A stretch of DNA of 32,000 bases. Origin: Planctopirus limnophila DSM 3776 (GTDB taxonomy: Bacteria > Planctomycetota > Planctomycetia > Planctomycetales > Planctomycetaceae). Below are positions 9,672 through 18,788 of the stretch, in pieces. Under the pieces are notes generated by a model, which saw only the letters and a program-made list of their open reading frames with translations, was not told where the DNA came from and did no database searches. Every line of letters starts with the position of its first letter. Positions within the stretch are counted from its first letter, which is position 1. Where the stretch lies: contig NC_014148.1 of the NCBI RefSeq assembly GCF_000092105.1, positions 4,980,001 through 5,012,000 of the forward strand, read 5' to 3'. A program made the translations under genes and the position numbers.

Positions 9672-10541
9672 TTAAAACTCGAACATGTCGATGGCAATCT
9701 GTTCTTCCACCTGCCGTTGCTGTGAAGCTCCTTTGGCAGGAATCGGCATGGGCTGTGGTGCTGGCAATTCGGAGGGAATGGCTTGCATCACGAGGTTGTC
9801 TGTCGGGACTGGGATGAACGGAACTTGGCGTCCTGTAGTGGCTGTTGAATCAGAGCTCGCGGTGGGCTGAATCAGTTGGCCATGGGCATTTTTGCGAGGG
9901 ACAAGCTGGCTGAGAGTGACGCTCTGCCAGTCGCGATACCAGGGCTCGCGCGCCCAGAGACGGACGGCAATCCCTCCAAAGCGATGGACATCGTGCAGGA
10001 GAATCACTTCTCCCGGCGTGGGCTGTGTGCTGTTGCACCAGGCAACGAGTTCATCTGCCGATTTCATCCGCCAGTCTTTGGGATCTTGCGACCAGAGAGC
10101 AATGGCGAGCTTCCTCTGGACGAGGCCGCGCCATTTGCCAAAGGTCAGTTCCCCTTTGGGCGGGCGAAACCAGCGTGGCCGAATTCTGGTGAGAACTTCG
10201 AGGTAATCCTGCGTGCGATCCACTTCATCGAGAAAAGCGGCCGTCGATGTGTTGGCCGGCTCGCTGTGAGTCCAGGTATGGTTGCCCAGCTCGTGCCCTT
10301 CGGCCACAATGCGTCGAATCAGATCGGGATAACGAGCGGCTCGTTCACCCACGACAAAGAACGTGGCCCGAGCACCAACTTGATGGAGAGCATCCAGCAC
10401 GAAAGGTGTATGGATAGGATCCGGACCATCATCGAAGGTCCACGAGAAGATCTTTTTCTGAGTGCGTGCCTGAATCAGCCAGTCTTCTTTGGGCGAAAGC
10501 TGCGTGATCAGAAGTTTGGCAAACTGCTTGAGAGGATTCAT
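9672..10541 (-). CDS. Polysaccharide deacetylase, CE4/NodB family
   Basis: NodB motifs appear in order: FSWTFDDGPD, GNHTWTHS (H-x-x-x-H), WFRPPKGE and ILLHDV. The ATG at 10541 overlaps the upstream stop as ATGA (10538-10541). Confidence 0.9.
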   Translation of the reverse strand: MNPLKQFAKLLITQLSPKEDWLIQARTQKKIFSWTFDDGPDPIHTPFVLDALHQVGARATFFVVGERAARYPDLIRRIVAEGHELGNHTWTHSEPANTSTAAFLDEVDRTQDYLEVLTRIRPRWFRPPKGELTFGKWRGLVQRKLAIALWSQDPKDWRMKSADELVAWCNSTQPTPGEVILLHDVHRFGGIAVRLWAREPWYRDWQSVTLSQLVPRKNAHGQLIQPTASSDSTATTGRQVPFIPVPTDNLVMQAIPSELPAPQPMPIPAKGASQQRQVEEQIAIDMFEF

Positions 10542-11905
10542 GGAGTTCCTCCCACAAGGCTCGAAGAGAGATAAGCGTATTCGTCTGCCATGGACGATTC
10601 GTTGGTTTCAATGAGCTGACGATACTCGCGATCTCCCAGACCACGGATGTAACCCCCCTGATCGTGAAAACGGTGAACACAGGTGGTCAGTGCCTGGATG
10701 AGATGATTGGTCGATTCTTCCAGTGAGCTGGGGCGCCAGCGACGCACCATGCCTGATTCGGTATCGTTGTCTGGCGAATAATTCAGCAAGTCCTCAATGG
10801 CATTGGCCAGAGAGAGAGGCTGTGCAGGGGGAACGAGCCGATCAAAATAAGGATCGGCAATTTCTGGAATGCCCCCCACTTCACTGGCTACGAAATTTGC
10901 ACCACTGGCCATGGCTTCCATGAGGACGTTGGGCACGCCTTCGGAGATGCTGGGTAACACAATGACACTGGCTGCGCGATACCAGTCGACCAGCTCTGGC
11001 TGAGGGCAGGAACCAGCAAAATGAATCATGTTCGTAATCTGTAGTTCGTCGGCCTGGGCTTGCAGACGCTGTTGCAAAGAGCCGTGGCCCACAAAGACAC
11101 AGCGGAATCTCAGGCCGCGATCTGCCAGCGAACGGCAGGCCCGCAAGAGGTACTCCCAACCTTTGACAGGTGCGAGACGACCGGGTGCGACCAGCAAGGC
11201 GACATCTTGGGGCTGTTTGAGTTTTTCTCGGGCAGCTCGTTTTGAACCTGGCTGAAAGATGGTGGTATCGACCCCCCGGCGGACAACGGCGAGTTTTTCG
11301 GGTGGCAGGCCATCTTCAATGAGTACGCGGGAAAGATTTTCACTCACGGTGATGACGAGATCGGCGGCATGGAGCGCTTCGAGAATTGCCCGGCGGCGGC
11401 TCCCGGAGCGTGCCAGCAAAAGGACATCGCTGCCACCGGTCATGACGACGGAGGGAATACCAGCGGCATGAGCCATTTTCGTGGCGACGGCACCATCGGG
11501 ATGCGACCAGTAGGAGAGGACGACATCGGGCTGCTCTTCTCGCAGGATCTGCGGAAGAATGGACTGGCTCGACCAGGCGAGGCAGCGGTGATATTGAGAG
11601 CGGAGAATTTTGGGTGGATAGTAGAACGGGAAGTAAGTGGCTGGCACTCCCGGTATGGCTTCGAAGGTGTCGAAGCTGGCCTTGGGTTTGCAGCCGGGAA
11701 TGAGACTCGAATACCACTGATTCCAGGGGATCGGGGAAACGATGCGGACTTTGTGCGAAGGTTGTGCGGCACTATCATCCGACGTGGCATGGGTATCCGT
11801 CAAACGCGACGAAGCTGCCAGACCGGCGAGCATGGTGCGGTTGAAGGTGCCTAATCCGGGATTCCACGGATTGGGAAAGTTATGTGAGAAAAACAAAACT
11901 CGCAT
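10538..11905 (-). CDS. GT4-type glycosyltransferase
   Basis: MRVLFFSHNFPNPWNPGLGTF forms the N-terminus, and the EX7E region is SISEGVPNVLMEAMASGANFVASEVGGIPEI. ATG at 11905. Confidence 0.9.
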   Translation of the reverse strand: MRVLFFSHNFPNPWNPGLGTFNRTMLAGLAASSRLTDTHATSDDSAAQPSHKVRIVSPIPWNQWYSSLIPGCKPKASFDTFEAIPGVPATYFPFYYPPKILRSQYHRCLAWSSQSILPQILREEQPDVVLSYWSHPDGAVATKMAHAAGIPSVVMTGGSDVLLLARSGSRRRAILEALHAADLVITVSENLSRVLIEDGLPPEKLAVVRRGVDTTIFQPGSKRAAREKLKQPQDVALLVAPGRLAPVKGWEYLLRACRSLADRGLRFRCVFVGHGSLQQRLQAQADELQITNMIHFAGSCPQPELVDWYRAASVIVLPSISEGVPNVLMEAMASGANFVASEVGGIPEIADPYFDRLVPPAQPLSLANAIEDLLNYSPDNDTESGMVRRWRPSSLEESTNHLIQALTTCVHRFHDQGGYIRGLGDREYRQLIETNESSMADEYAYLSSSLVGGTP

Positions 11906-12036
11906 GCCGTAATGATCCTTGCTACGGCCCGCAGCCAGGAAGATCTTGCTACAGGTGGAAACCCGTCACTCAGCGGTTTTGCCAGTGGAAAAAACATGGC
12001 GATCGCGATGGAAAATGACAGGCTCTCCCTTAAAAG

Positions 12037-13383
12037 TTAGCTTGGATTTTCATCCCCGGTCGGCAGATTCGTCCCCGGGGTGGTATCTTTTTGTAAGTTG
12101 TTTTTCTGTAAACGCTTACGCTCTTTGCAGTAGTCTCGCAGGCGGGCTCCCTGCTGGCGAATCGTGTTGACGGCGAGTGCCAGGTGAAACATGCCGGATG
12201 CCAAGCCATGGCGGCGTACAAGCCAGGTGGTGCCACTGGAACTTTGATCATTCCCGAAGATGCGTTTGTATTCGGCATCGCCGCCGCCAAAGTCGAACCA
12301 GCGGGGTGTGTTCACAACGAGCATGTCGTTGAGCACATCGATCAGCATGAGCAGGCCAGGTGAGTAGTCGGCAAAGTCTTCGTGGAAGCCGACCTCTTCG
12401 TAATGGAATGTTTCTGCCGCCTGATTGCCGACAAGAAAGGCGACGGGCTGGCCATCGATGGACCAGAGGTATGAGCGGAACAAACCTGCTTCGGCAAGGG
12501 CACCATAGATGGCCTGATCGCGGGGATCGTTTTTGATCCGCAAGCCGAGTTCGTGGGTCTGCCAGGTGTGTTTCGAGATTTCGCTGGCTGCTTCGAGAAA
12601 GCGGGGAACATCCTGCGGATGAGTGATGCATTCCAATTGGCGGGAGGGGCATTTCTTCTGTTTGCGTTTGAAGCCATTGCGGGTTTTGCTGGAGAATTTG
12701 CTCCAGTAGCTAGCCGAGCCTCCGCGCAGATCGATTCTCCAACGGGCGCGGTAGCCATAAGGAACATGCACCTCGAACGCGGTGCCAGAGAGAGATTGAA
12801 CCGCTCCGTAGAGTGGATCGTCGACGTCGAGGTCTTCGATCTGTAAAAAGTCGCCTCGTGACAGTTCGACATGCTGTTTGATGGCTGAAAAGATGGCTCG
12901 GGTGCTGCTGGATGCCGGCTCGAAGCATGCCGTATTGGTCGATGTGCGGAGGATCTGTCCGCCCACCAGATGCCAGCCCTGGAGTTGAACGGGCAAAGGA
13001 AGATGAGTCAGGCGACGAGCGGCCATCTGGCGGGGGAGCAGGACGGCCAGGCTTTCCCACTGTCCATGGTTTTCTGGGCCATGATTTTCTTGAAAAATGA
13101 CTTGGGGTTGCCACAACGAGCTATCAGGCCGGTAGCTCCAGAACTTCCACTCGGTGGCGACATGTTCGGGATGCAGCACGGCGTAACCATTTTCGGCTCT
13201 GCGCAACAGATCGATCCAGCGGGCTTGAAGCTGAGCATCGGCCAACACCTGCTCAAGTGGCAGTTGGCGAACGACGAGCTTCCCGACCTCAGGCTGCGAG
13301 TGATGAGATGTGAACGAGGCGATGGTTTTCTGCAGTCCCGCTGCGTGACTTTCAGACGGCGGGTTTTCAATCAGTGCTGGCAT
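12037..13383 (-). CDS. GNAT-fold acyl/aminoacyl-transferase, CelD/BcsL (FemAB-related, BioF2-like) type
   Basis: 448 aa. The C-terminal signature YSPGLLMLIDVLNDM...WFDFGGGDAEYKRIFG is characteristic of CelD/BcsL-type GNATs. The ATG at 13383 lies 13 nt inside the end of the upstream gene. Confidence 0.75.
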   Translation of the reverse strand: MPALIENPPSESHAAGLQKTIASFTSHHSQPEVGKLVVRQLPLEQVLADAQLQARWIDLLRRAENGYAVLHPEHVATEWKFWSYRPDSSLWQPQVIFQENHGPENHGQWESLAVLLPRQMAARRLTHLPLPVQLQGWHLVGGQILRTSTNTACFEPASSSTRAIFSAIKQHVELSRGDFLQIEDLDVDDPLYGAVQSLSGTAFEVHVPYGYRARWRIDLRGGSASYWSKFSSKTRNGFKRKQKKCPSRQLECITHPQDVPRFLEAASEISKHTWQTHELGLRIKNDPRDQAIYGALAEAGLFRSYLWSIDGQPVAFLVGNQAAETFHYEEVGFHEDFADYSPGLLMLIDVLNDMLVVNTPRWFDFGGGDAEYKRIFGNDQSSSGTTWLVRRHGLASGMFHLALAVNTIRQQGARLRDYCKERKRLQKNNLQKDTTPGTNLPTGDENPS

Positions 13384-14813
13384 ACCATCGCTCCTTGGGC
13401 TGCGGGTTGATTGTCATGGCCTGCTGCAAGGGCTGAATGTTCCGGAAGTCTGCCGGAGGATTGCGAGGTCTGCAGATTGTTGACCACCACTTTCAGTTTG
13501 CCGGCTCGAGTTAAAGGAATGTCGTCCACCTGTTCGAGTTTGAGGGTGACGATGGGCCCGATGCCTTCGCGCAGATCTTTTTCGAGATGATGCAGATCGG
13601 CGAGAGTGAGCCCGCCGCTGGTGACCATGCGGACGATGATCTCGTGTGGTTCATTCTGGATGACCTGAAACCGGCGGATCGAGCGATAATCTTTGATGAG
13701 ATGGGGGAAGAATTCGCCGGGGATTTTGCGACCATCGGGGGTGGTCAGGACATCGAGCTGCCGTCCGGTGACTTTGCGGAGGAGTGGCAACCCGCGACCA
13801 CAGGGACAGTTTTCGAAGCCAGCAATCGCCCGGTCTCCGTTGACGTAACGAATAAAGGGCATCGCATCGTTGAAGAGATCGGTGATGACGACGTTGCCTT
13901 CTTCGCCAGCGGGTGTGGGCTGACCTGCATCATCGAGAATTTCCACGAAGAGGTTTTCCATGCTGAGATGTAGACCTGAATGCTGCTCGCATTCGGCGCC
14001 AATCAGCATGAATTCCCGAGAACCATACGTTTCGAAAACGGGTGCCTTAAAGACTCGTTCGAGGACAATCCGTTGGAAGTCATGCAGTTTTTCAGCACCC
14101 ACGACAATCGACTTTGGCTGCCAGACGTGGAGACCTTCGCTTTCAATGAAGCGGGCAAACTCGTAGGCGGCATTGGTGTAGGCCACAATCACTTGAGGTC
14201 GCCAGGCATTCATGCGGCGAAGCTGCCTGTGCATCATCTCGGGAGTGAACTCGAAACAGCTCAGTACCAGATGATGATCAAAGGCGTGATGCAGGGACAT
14301 TTTCCAGCGTTTCCAGGCGGCCAGACGAGATGGCGGAGTGCCCCAGATGTAGAGCTGTCTGGTGCCTGGGCCGGCATGAGCCCAGCCGTAACCACGATGA
14401 GTCATGGCGACACGGCGGTCGTTGCTCTCGGCACTGATCTCAAAGTGCAGTGGTTCGCCGCTGGAACCTCCCGTGCTTTTGCTGATCCTTTTCATGGGAA
14501 GAGATGTGCTGAGCTGTAGACGATTTCTGGCGATGGTTTCCCGTTGGAGCAGTGGGATGCTGCGAAAATCATCGAATGAAGAGATGGTGGCAGGATCAAT
14601 CGCATGCTCAAGGAACAGATTTTTATAGTAGAGCGAATGCGCGGCGGCATGAGCGACGAGCCGGCGCAGGTCGACGAGTTGCTGCAGTTCCAGCTCAGAG
14701 CGGGAATGCCACTGGGTGGCTTCGGCCCGTTGCCAGTGCTTCATGGTCTGGCGGCCCTTGATGGTGCCGTCGAACATGGGGAGCAGGATATTTCGATATA
14801 AGGTCTCGTACAT
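13371..14813 (-). CDS. Adenylate-forming enzyme, phenylacetate-CoA ligase/CapK/coenzyme F390 synthetase-like family
   Basis: 480 aa with an ATG at 14813. It carries the AMP-binding-type loop KSTGGSSGEPLHF, a PaaK-like N-terminal helical region (YYKNLFLEHAIDP...FDDFRSIPLLQRE), and C-terminal GRGLPLL..V.GR and GKLKVV motifs. Confidence 0.8.
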   Translation of the reverse strand: MYETLYRNILLPMFDGTIKGRQTMKHWQRAEATQWHSRSELELQQLVDLRRLVAHAAAHSLYYKNLFLEHAIDPATISSFDDFRSIPLLQRETIARNRLQLSTSLPMKRISKSTGGSSGEPLHFEISAESNDRRVAMTHRGYGWAHAGPGTRQLYIWGTPPSRLAAWKRWKMSLHHAFDHHLVLSCFEFTPEMMHRQLRRMNAWRPQVIVAYTNAAYEFARFIESEGLHVWQPKSIVVGAEKLHDFQRIVLERVFKAPVFETYGSREFMLIGAECEQHSGLHLSMENLFVEILDDAGQPTPAGEEGNVVITDLFNDAMPFIRYVNGDRAIAGFENCPCGRGLPLLRKVTGRQLDVLTTPDGRKIPGEFFPHLIKDYRSIRRFQVIQNEPHEIIVRMVTSGGLTLADLHHLEKDLREGIGPIVTLKLEQVDDIPLTRAGKLKVVVNNLQTSQSSGRLPEHSALAAGHDNQPAAQGAMVCQH

Positions 14814-14878
14814 GCCAGGCCTTGTCAGATAATTGCGGATGTTTTCGGGATGACTGTGCTGCGAGTGCCAACGGGTGT

Positions 14879-16165
14879 TCAGCGACGCTTGGATTTTTCG
14901 GCCAATAAGGTTTCATACAGGCGTGTGTAGTCATCGATCATGCGGTCGATATGGAAGAACTCCTGAACCCGTTCGCGTCCTGCAGCCCCCATGGCCAGCC
15001 AGTCGTTTCGATGCTGGCAGATTTCGAGCATGGCGCTGGCAAGTTGTTCGGGATCTGCAGCCGGTGCCAGTTGTCCGGTGACACCTGGCAGAATGATCTC
15101 GGGATTGCCACCGACGGCTGTGGCGACGACAGGTAAGCCGACAGCCATCGCTTCCAGCAGAGTGAGCGAGATCCCTTCGCTTAATGAGGAGCTGACGAAG
15201 AAACCGGCCTGAGCCAGCAGTTCCGGGATATCGTGCCGCTCGCCAAGAAAGCTGACGTGATTGGCGAGATCGAGTTGCGCAGCGAGTTGTTCGAGATGGG
15301 GACGTTCGGCACCATCGCCCACAATGATCAGTTTAAAGGTGGGATGCACCCGCCGAACACGATCGACCGCTTTAAGAAGCGTGCCGATATCTTTTTCTGC
15401 AGAGAGGCGACAGACCGTGATGGCGGAGAGTTCCTGGGACGAACCTCGCCAGGCAAACTGGGCGGGATCGATGCCGTTCCAGATGCGTGCGACGACACTG
15501 GCGGGGAGTCGATCTTCATTCAGACAAAGGCGGGCGGCATCATCGGAGACAGCGACAATGCGATCGACGAGCCGGGTGGTGATGCGATACTGGAGATTGG
15601 CACGCCAGTTATGGCCGAGGCGTTGTCCGTGGCGGGTGTTGACGATGACAGGCACACCACTCCAGCGGGCCGCGAGAGTCGCATACAAATGGGGATAGGT
15701 ATTGTGGGTGTGAATCACATCGAACTGATGAGCTTTAAAGAAGGCTGACATTTCTTGAAACTGGGCAAGCCTGCTGCGAGTTTTCAATTGATGGACTTCA
15801 CAGCCTGTTTCGCGGATGTATTCGGCAAAGGGGCCGATTTCGCGCATGGCGAGGAAGGTGAGCTCGGCCCGGTCGTGATCATGTCTGCGGGCAAAATCGA
15901 CGAGGAGTCGTTCCAGGCCGCCCGTCTTCAGTGTCAGACTGACATGACAGACCTTGAGTGGCCTGGAGGGAGTTTCCTCGATGTGCGGATTGTCTGTATG
16001 ACTGACGATGGATGGGTTGTGGCTGACAGTGGAAGTGTGAGGAGCATGGCCAGCCAGTGATGCCAATGACCGTTGACCAACAGGTCGCAGGGTGGGCAGG
16101 ACGGTGGATGTCGATGTGGATGAACTCATTTGGTCAAGCCGATGGTCGGTGGTGATGGTGGTCAT
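14879..16165 (-). CDS. GT4-type glycosyltransferase with a Ser/Thr/His-rich N-terminal extension
   Basis: Motifs include LKVCHVSLTLKTGGLERLL and HTHNTYP, and the EX7E region is SLSEGISLTLLEAMAVGLPVVATAVGGNPEI. The ATG at 16165 overlaps the upstream stop as ATGA (16162-16165). Confidence 0.9.
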   Translation of the reverse strand: MTTITTDHRLDQMSSSTSTSTVLPTLRPVGQRSLASLAGHAPHTSTVSHNPSIVSHTDNPHIEETPSRPLKVCHVSLTLKTGGLERLLVDFARRHDHDRAELTFLAMREIGPFAEYIRETGCEVHQLKTRSRLAQFQEMSAFFKAHQFDVIHTHNTYPHLYATLAARWSGVPVIVNTRHGQRLGHNWRANLQYRITTRLVDRIVAVSDDAARLCLNEDRLPASVVARIWNGIDPAQFAWRGSSQELSAITVCRLSAEKDIGTLLKAVDRVRRVHPTFKLIIVGDGAERPHLEQLAAQLDLANHVSFLGERHDIPELLAQAGFFVSSSLSEGISLTLLEAMAVGLPVVATAVGGNPEIILPGVTGQLAPAADPEQLASAMLEICQHRNDWLAMGAAGRERVQEFFHIDRMIDDYTRLYETLLAEKSKRR

Positions 16166-17424
16166 GACAAAGCCCCTTCGGCTGCTGTGCCTGGTTGGGA
16201 GTGATCTGGCTCATTCGCTGATGGATTGGTTGGACTGGTGGAACGTGACGAGCCAGAGATCAGTCGATGTGAAAGCCTTTTGAAGTCTCGCAAGCGATCG
16301 ATGACGGTTCGTTTCCACGAGGGACGAATCCAGCGCGCCCAGAGAAGTTCGTTGGTGTCGAGAGTCAATCGGCGTTTGTGGTAGGTTTCGCCGGCCATGA
16401 AGTCGAAGGCTGTGAGGCCGTGTTGATGGCAAGCCAGCAAGGTGAGCCAGTCGGTTAACAAGCCGGGGCTGCGCTGGGATTCGTGGGGTGCATGGCCGCT
16501 TTGGTAGAGCAGCCCGCGTTGGCGATCGATCAGTAAGTGACTGCAGCCGATGACTTCATCGCCTCCGCGGACACGCACCAGCACTGCCTGGCCATGAGCA
16601 ACGAGTTCTTTGAGCAAGTGTTTGTGAAAAGAGAGAAAGGGAGCACTGGCATAAGCGCCGGGTTTGCCTTCGGCATTCCACCGGGCCTGATGCAACCGGA
16701 TGAGGTCGTCGAAGATGTCTTCGGCGAGTTCGACGTGATCACCCCATTCGACGACGGCTCCTTCGTAACTTCGCAGATTGCGGCGAATGGCGCGGCGTGC
16801 TTGCGAAGTCAGTTGTTCGAGAATGTTGTCGGGCGTGGCGTGCGGAGGGAAGTTCGTGCAGTAGCAGGGACGTTGACGCAAGGTGAACTGCGGATAGTTG
16901 TCGAGCAGCGGCTGGATGTCGCGGGGTTCGAAACCATCGAGGCGAATTTCATCCCATGTCGTACGGTTCGCGAGGACCTGCATGACATTTTCAAGAAACA
17001 ATTCTTGATAGGAGTGTTCGGCACAGACCGTGTTGTACTCGACGACGGCGCTGTCGGCGTCCAATTCGCCAGCAGTTCCCAGGTGAACGGTGCGCAGGCG
17101 AATGGGGCCTTCGAACTGCTGTTCGCTAGTGATGACCAGTACAGCGGCAACGGGAATGTGGTTGACTTCGGCAATGACAATCTCGGGAGAGACCAGATCG
17201 CCGTAGTGCTTGAGCCACGTTTGTGTCCAGCGGGTGGTGGACGTGAGTGCCTGCCAATTGAGGCGTTGTTCGAGGGCTCGCCATTGTGCAAAAGCCTGAT
17301 CGAAGGTGGGTCGCCTGTGCCAGGTAATGTTCATGCGAGGCCTGGCATGGGCCAATGCCTGCTGTTCAGCACTCGTTGTCGAGCTGAAGTTTTTAGGATC
17401 GGTGATGGAGATGCCAGTGAGCAT
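16162..17424 (-). CDS. GNAT-fold acyl/aminoacyl-transferase, CelD/BcsL type (paralogue of 12037-13383)
   Basis: The signature RSPGLLTDWLTLLACHQHGLTAFDFMAGETYHKRRL is present. The track ORF extends to 17667 but overlaps the upstream membrane-protein gene. The ATG at 17424 (MLTGISITD) leaves a 32-nt spacer. The ATG at 17334 (MNITWH) is an alternative start. Confidence 0.75.
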   Translation of the reverse strand: MLTGISITDPKNFSSTTSAEQQALAHARPRMNITWHRRPTFDQAFAQWRALEQRLNWQALTSTTRWTQTWLKHYGDLVSPEIVIAEVNHIPVAAVLVITSEQQFEGPIRLRTVHLGTAGELDADSAVVEYNTVCAEHSYQELFLENVMQVLANRTTWDEIRLDGFEPRDIQPLLDNYPQFTLRQRPCYCTNFPPHATPDNILEQLTSQARRAIRRNLRSYEGAVVEWGDHVELAEDIFDDLIRLHQARWNAEGKPGAYASAPFLSFHKHLLKELVAHGQAVLVRVRGGDEVIGCSHLLIDRQRGLLYQSGHAPHESQRSPGLLTDWLTLLACHQHGLTAFDFMAGETYHKRRLTLDTNELLWARWIRPSWKRTVIDRLRDFKRLSHRLISGSSRSTSPTNPSANEPDHSQPGTAAEGALS

Positions 17425-17456
17425 CGAGCAGGTTTCCGGAGAACGAGATGGAAGTT

Positions 17457-18788
17457 TCAGGCAAACATCACGGTGAACAGATACAGACCAACGAATAAAG
17501 CCCCGCTGGCGAACGTGAGCCGGAGGGCTTGAGGAGTATTCCAGGTCGCGAGTGGAGCGGGTCTGGCAGACGATCTGGCAGCCATGTGGAGGTAAGCCGC
17601 CGCCAGACCAAGCACCATGTACGTCGGGACGACATAGCAGCGCGAGAGGGAGAGCATTGAAGTACACCAGCCTGCCAATAAAGCTCCCAGATAGGGGCGA
17701 AAGCGGAGAGCTTCGCGATCAAAGTTCGGATAGCTGCGAAAACCCATCTGGTAGAGTTGGACGAAGGCAAAGAAGAATGCGCCGAAGAAGAGGGTACCGC
17801 CGAAGATTCCCAGCTCGACGTAGGCATGGATGAATGAATTGTGGGCCACGAGGCCTGCGACATCGGGATAGCCGCCATATCCGATGCCAAAAAGGATATC
17901 GCTGGATTTCAGGGCGTCGAATCCATCGCGCCAGAGCTGCACGCGTTCGCCGCCCGTGCTGTCATTCAGATCGAGATTGGCTTGTCTGCCACCCATGACG
18001 GCCAGTGCACACACACCCAGGACGCCACAGAGAATGGCCATTTTGAAGCCACCCCAGAAGACGGCAAGTGTCATCATCGCAGCACCTGCTGCTAATAAGC
18101 CGCCGCGAGATCTGGTATCGAAGAGTCCGATCCAGAGGGTGATGATGGGGATGATCCAGGCGAAGCGAAGGATGCCCTGAGCCTTATCCATGAGGAAGTA
18201 GGTGCAGAGAACACCTGCGGCCACAATGAGCATGGCGAGGTCATTGGGGTCCTGAAAGATCCCCAGGCCGCGCATGCGCAGGATATGGGAGACTTCGCCT
18301 TCGTCATCGACGCTGTCAAAGTCGGCCAGATGTTCGACACATTGAAAGTCGATGAGTCCATGAAAATCGACAACACACATGGTGATGGCAATGACCGAGC
18401 AGGTCGTGACCGTCAGAAGGAAGGCACGCAGCCGGGGTGGACTGTTGAGATTCACGACCAGGAGTGCAAAGTAAACAAGGACTTTCCCGAAGCTGGTGGC
18501 TGCTTCGACGAGACCACCGATATACGCATGGGACGCATGGGAGAGTCCGATGGCGAGAAGCAAAGCGAGGACGCAAAGAATGACCGGCTGGAATTTCAAG
18601 GTCTTCCAACTGCAGCGGGCCTGGAGTGCTGGAATCGAAAAGAGGAGACAGCCACCAATCAGCGCTTCGTAAATGGGCAGGCCATCGAGCGCCTGGAAGA
18701 GTTCGGCTGGGCGTAGAAACAGCGTCGCCGTCACTGCGAGAAGCAGCAGAAACGCAGGTTCCTGAACTCGTGTGCCCACCTTTGCCAC
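17457..18788 (-). CDS. O-antigen ligase/Wzy-like polytopic membrane protein
   Basis: 443 aa with about 10 or more hydrophobic helices. The O-antigen-ligase-type loop is GGERVQLWRDGFDALKSSDILFGIGYGGY...VAHNSFIHAYVELGIFGG. The start at 18788 is GTG, and there is no nearby ATG. Confidence 0.8.
   Translation of the reverse strand: MAKVGTRVQEPAFLLLLAVTATLFLRPAELFQALDGLPIYEALIGGCLLFSIPALQARCSWKTLKFQPVILCVLALLLAIGLSHASHAYIGGLVEAATSFGKVLVYFALLVVNLNSPPRLRAFLLTVTTCSVIAITMCVVDFHGLIDFQCVEHLADFDSVDDEGEVSHILRMRGLGIFQDPNDLAMLIVAAGVLCTYFLMDKAQGILRFAWIIPIITLWIGLFDTRSRGGLLAAGAAMMTLAVFWGGFKMAILCGVLGVCALAVMGGRQANLDLNDSTGGERVQLWRDGFDALKSSDILFGIGYGGYPDVAGLVAHNSFIHAYVELGIFGGTLFFGAFFFAFVQLYQMGFRSYPNFDREALRFRPYLGALLAGWCTSMLSLSRCYVVPTYMVLGLAAAYLHMAARSSARPAPLATWNTPQALRLTFASGALFVGLYLFTVMFA

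Noticed and set aside
16537-17532. 331-aa plus-strand ORF; similar long antisense ORFs at 2071-2700, 9876-10574, 11369-11854, 13980-14519 and 15233-15748
   Set aside because: All lie fully antisense to CDSs with clear family motifs (GNAT, BY-kinase, CE4, GT4, ligase). Such shadow ORFs are expected in GC-rich coding DNA, and none shows a recognisable domain.
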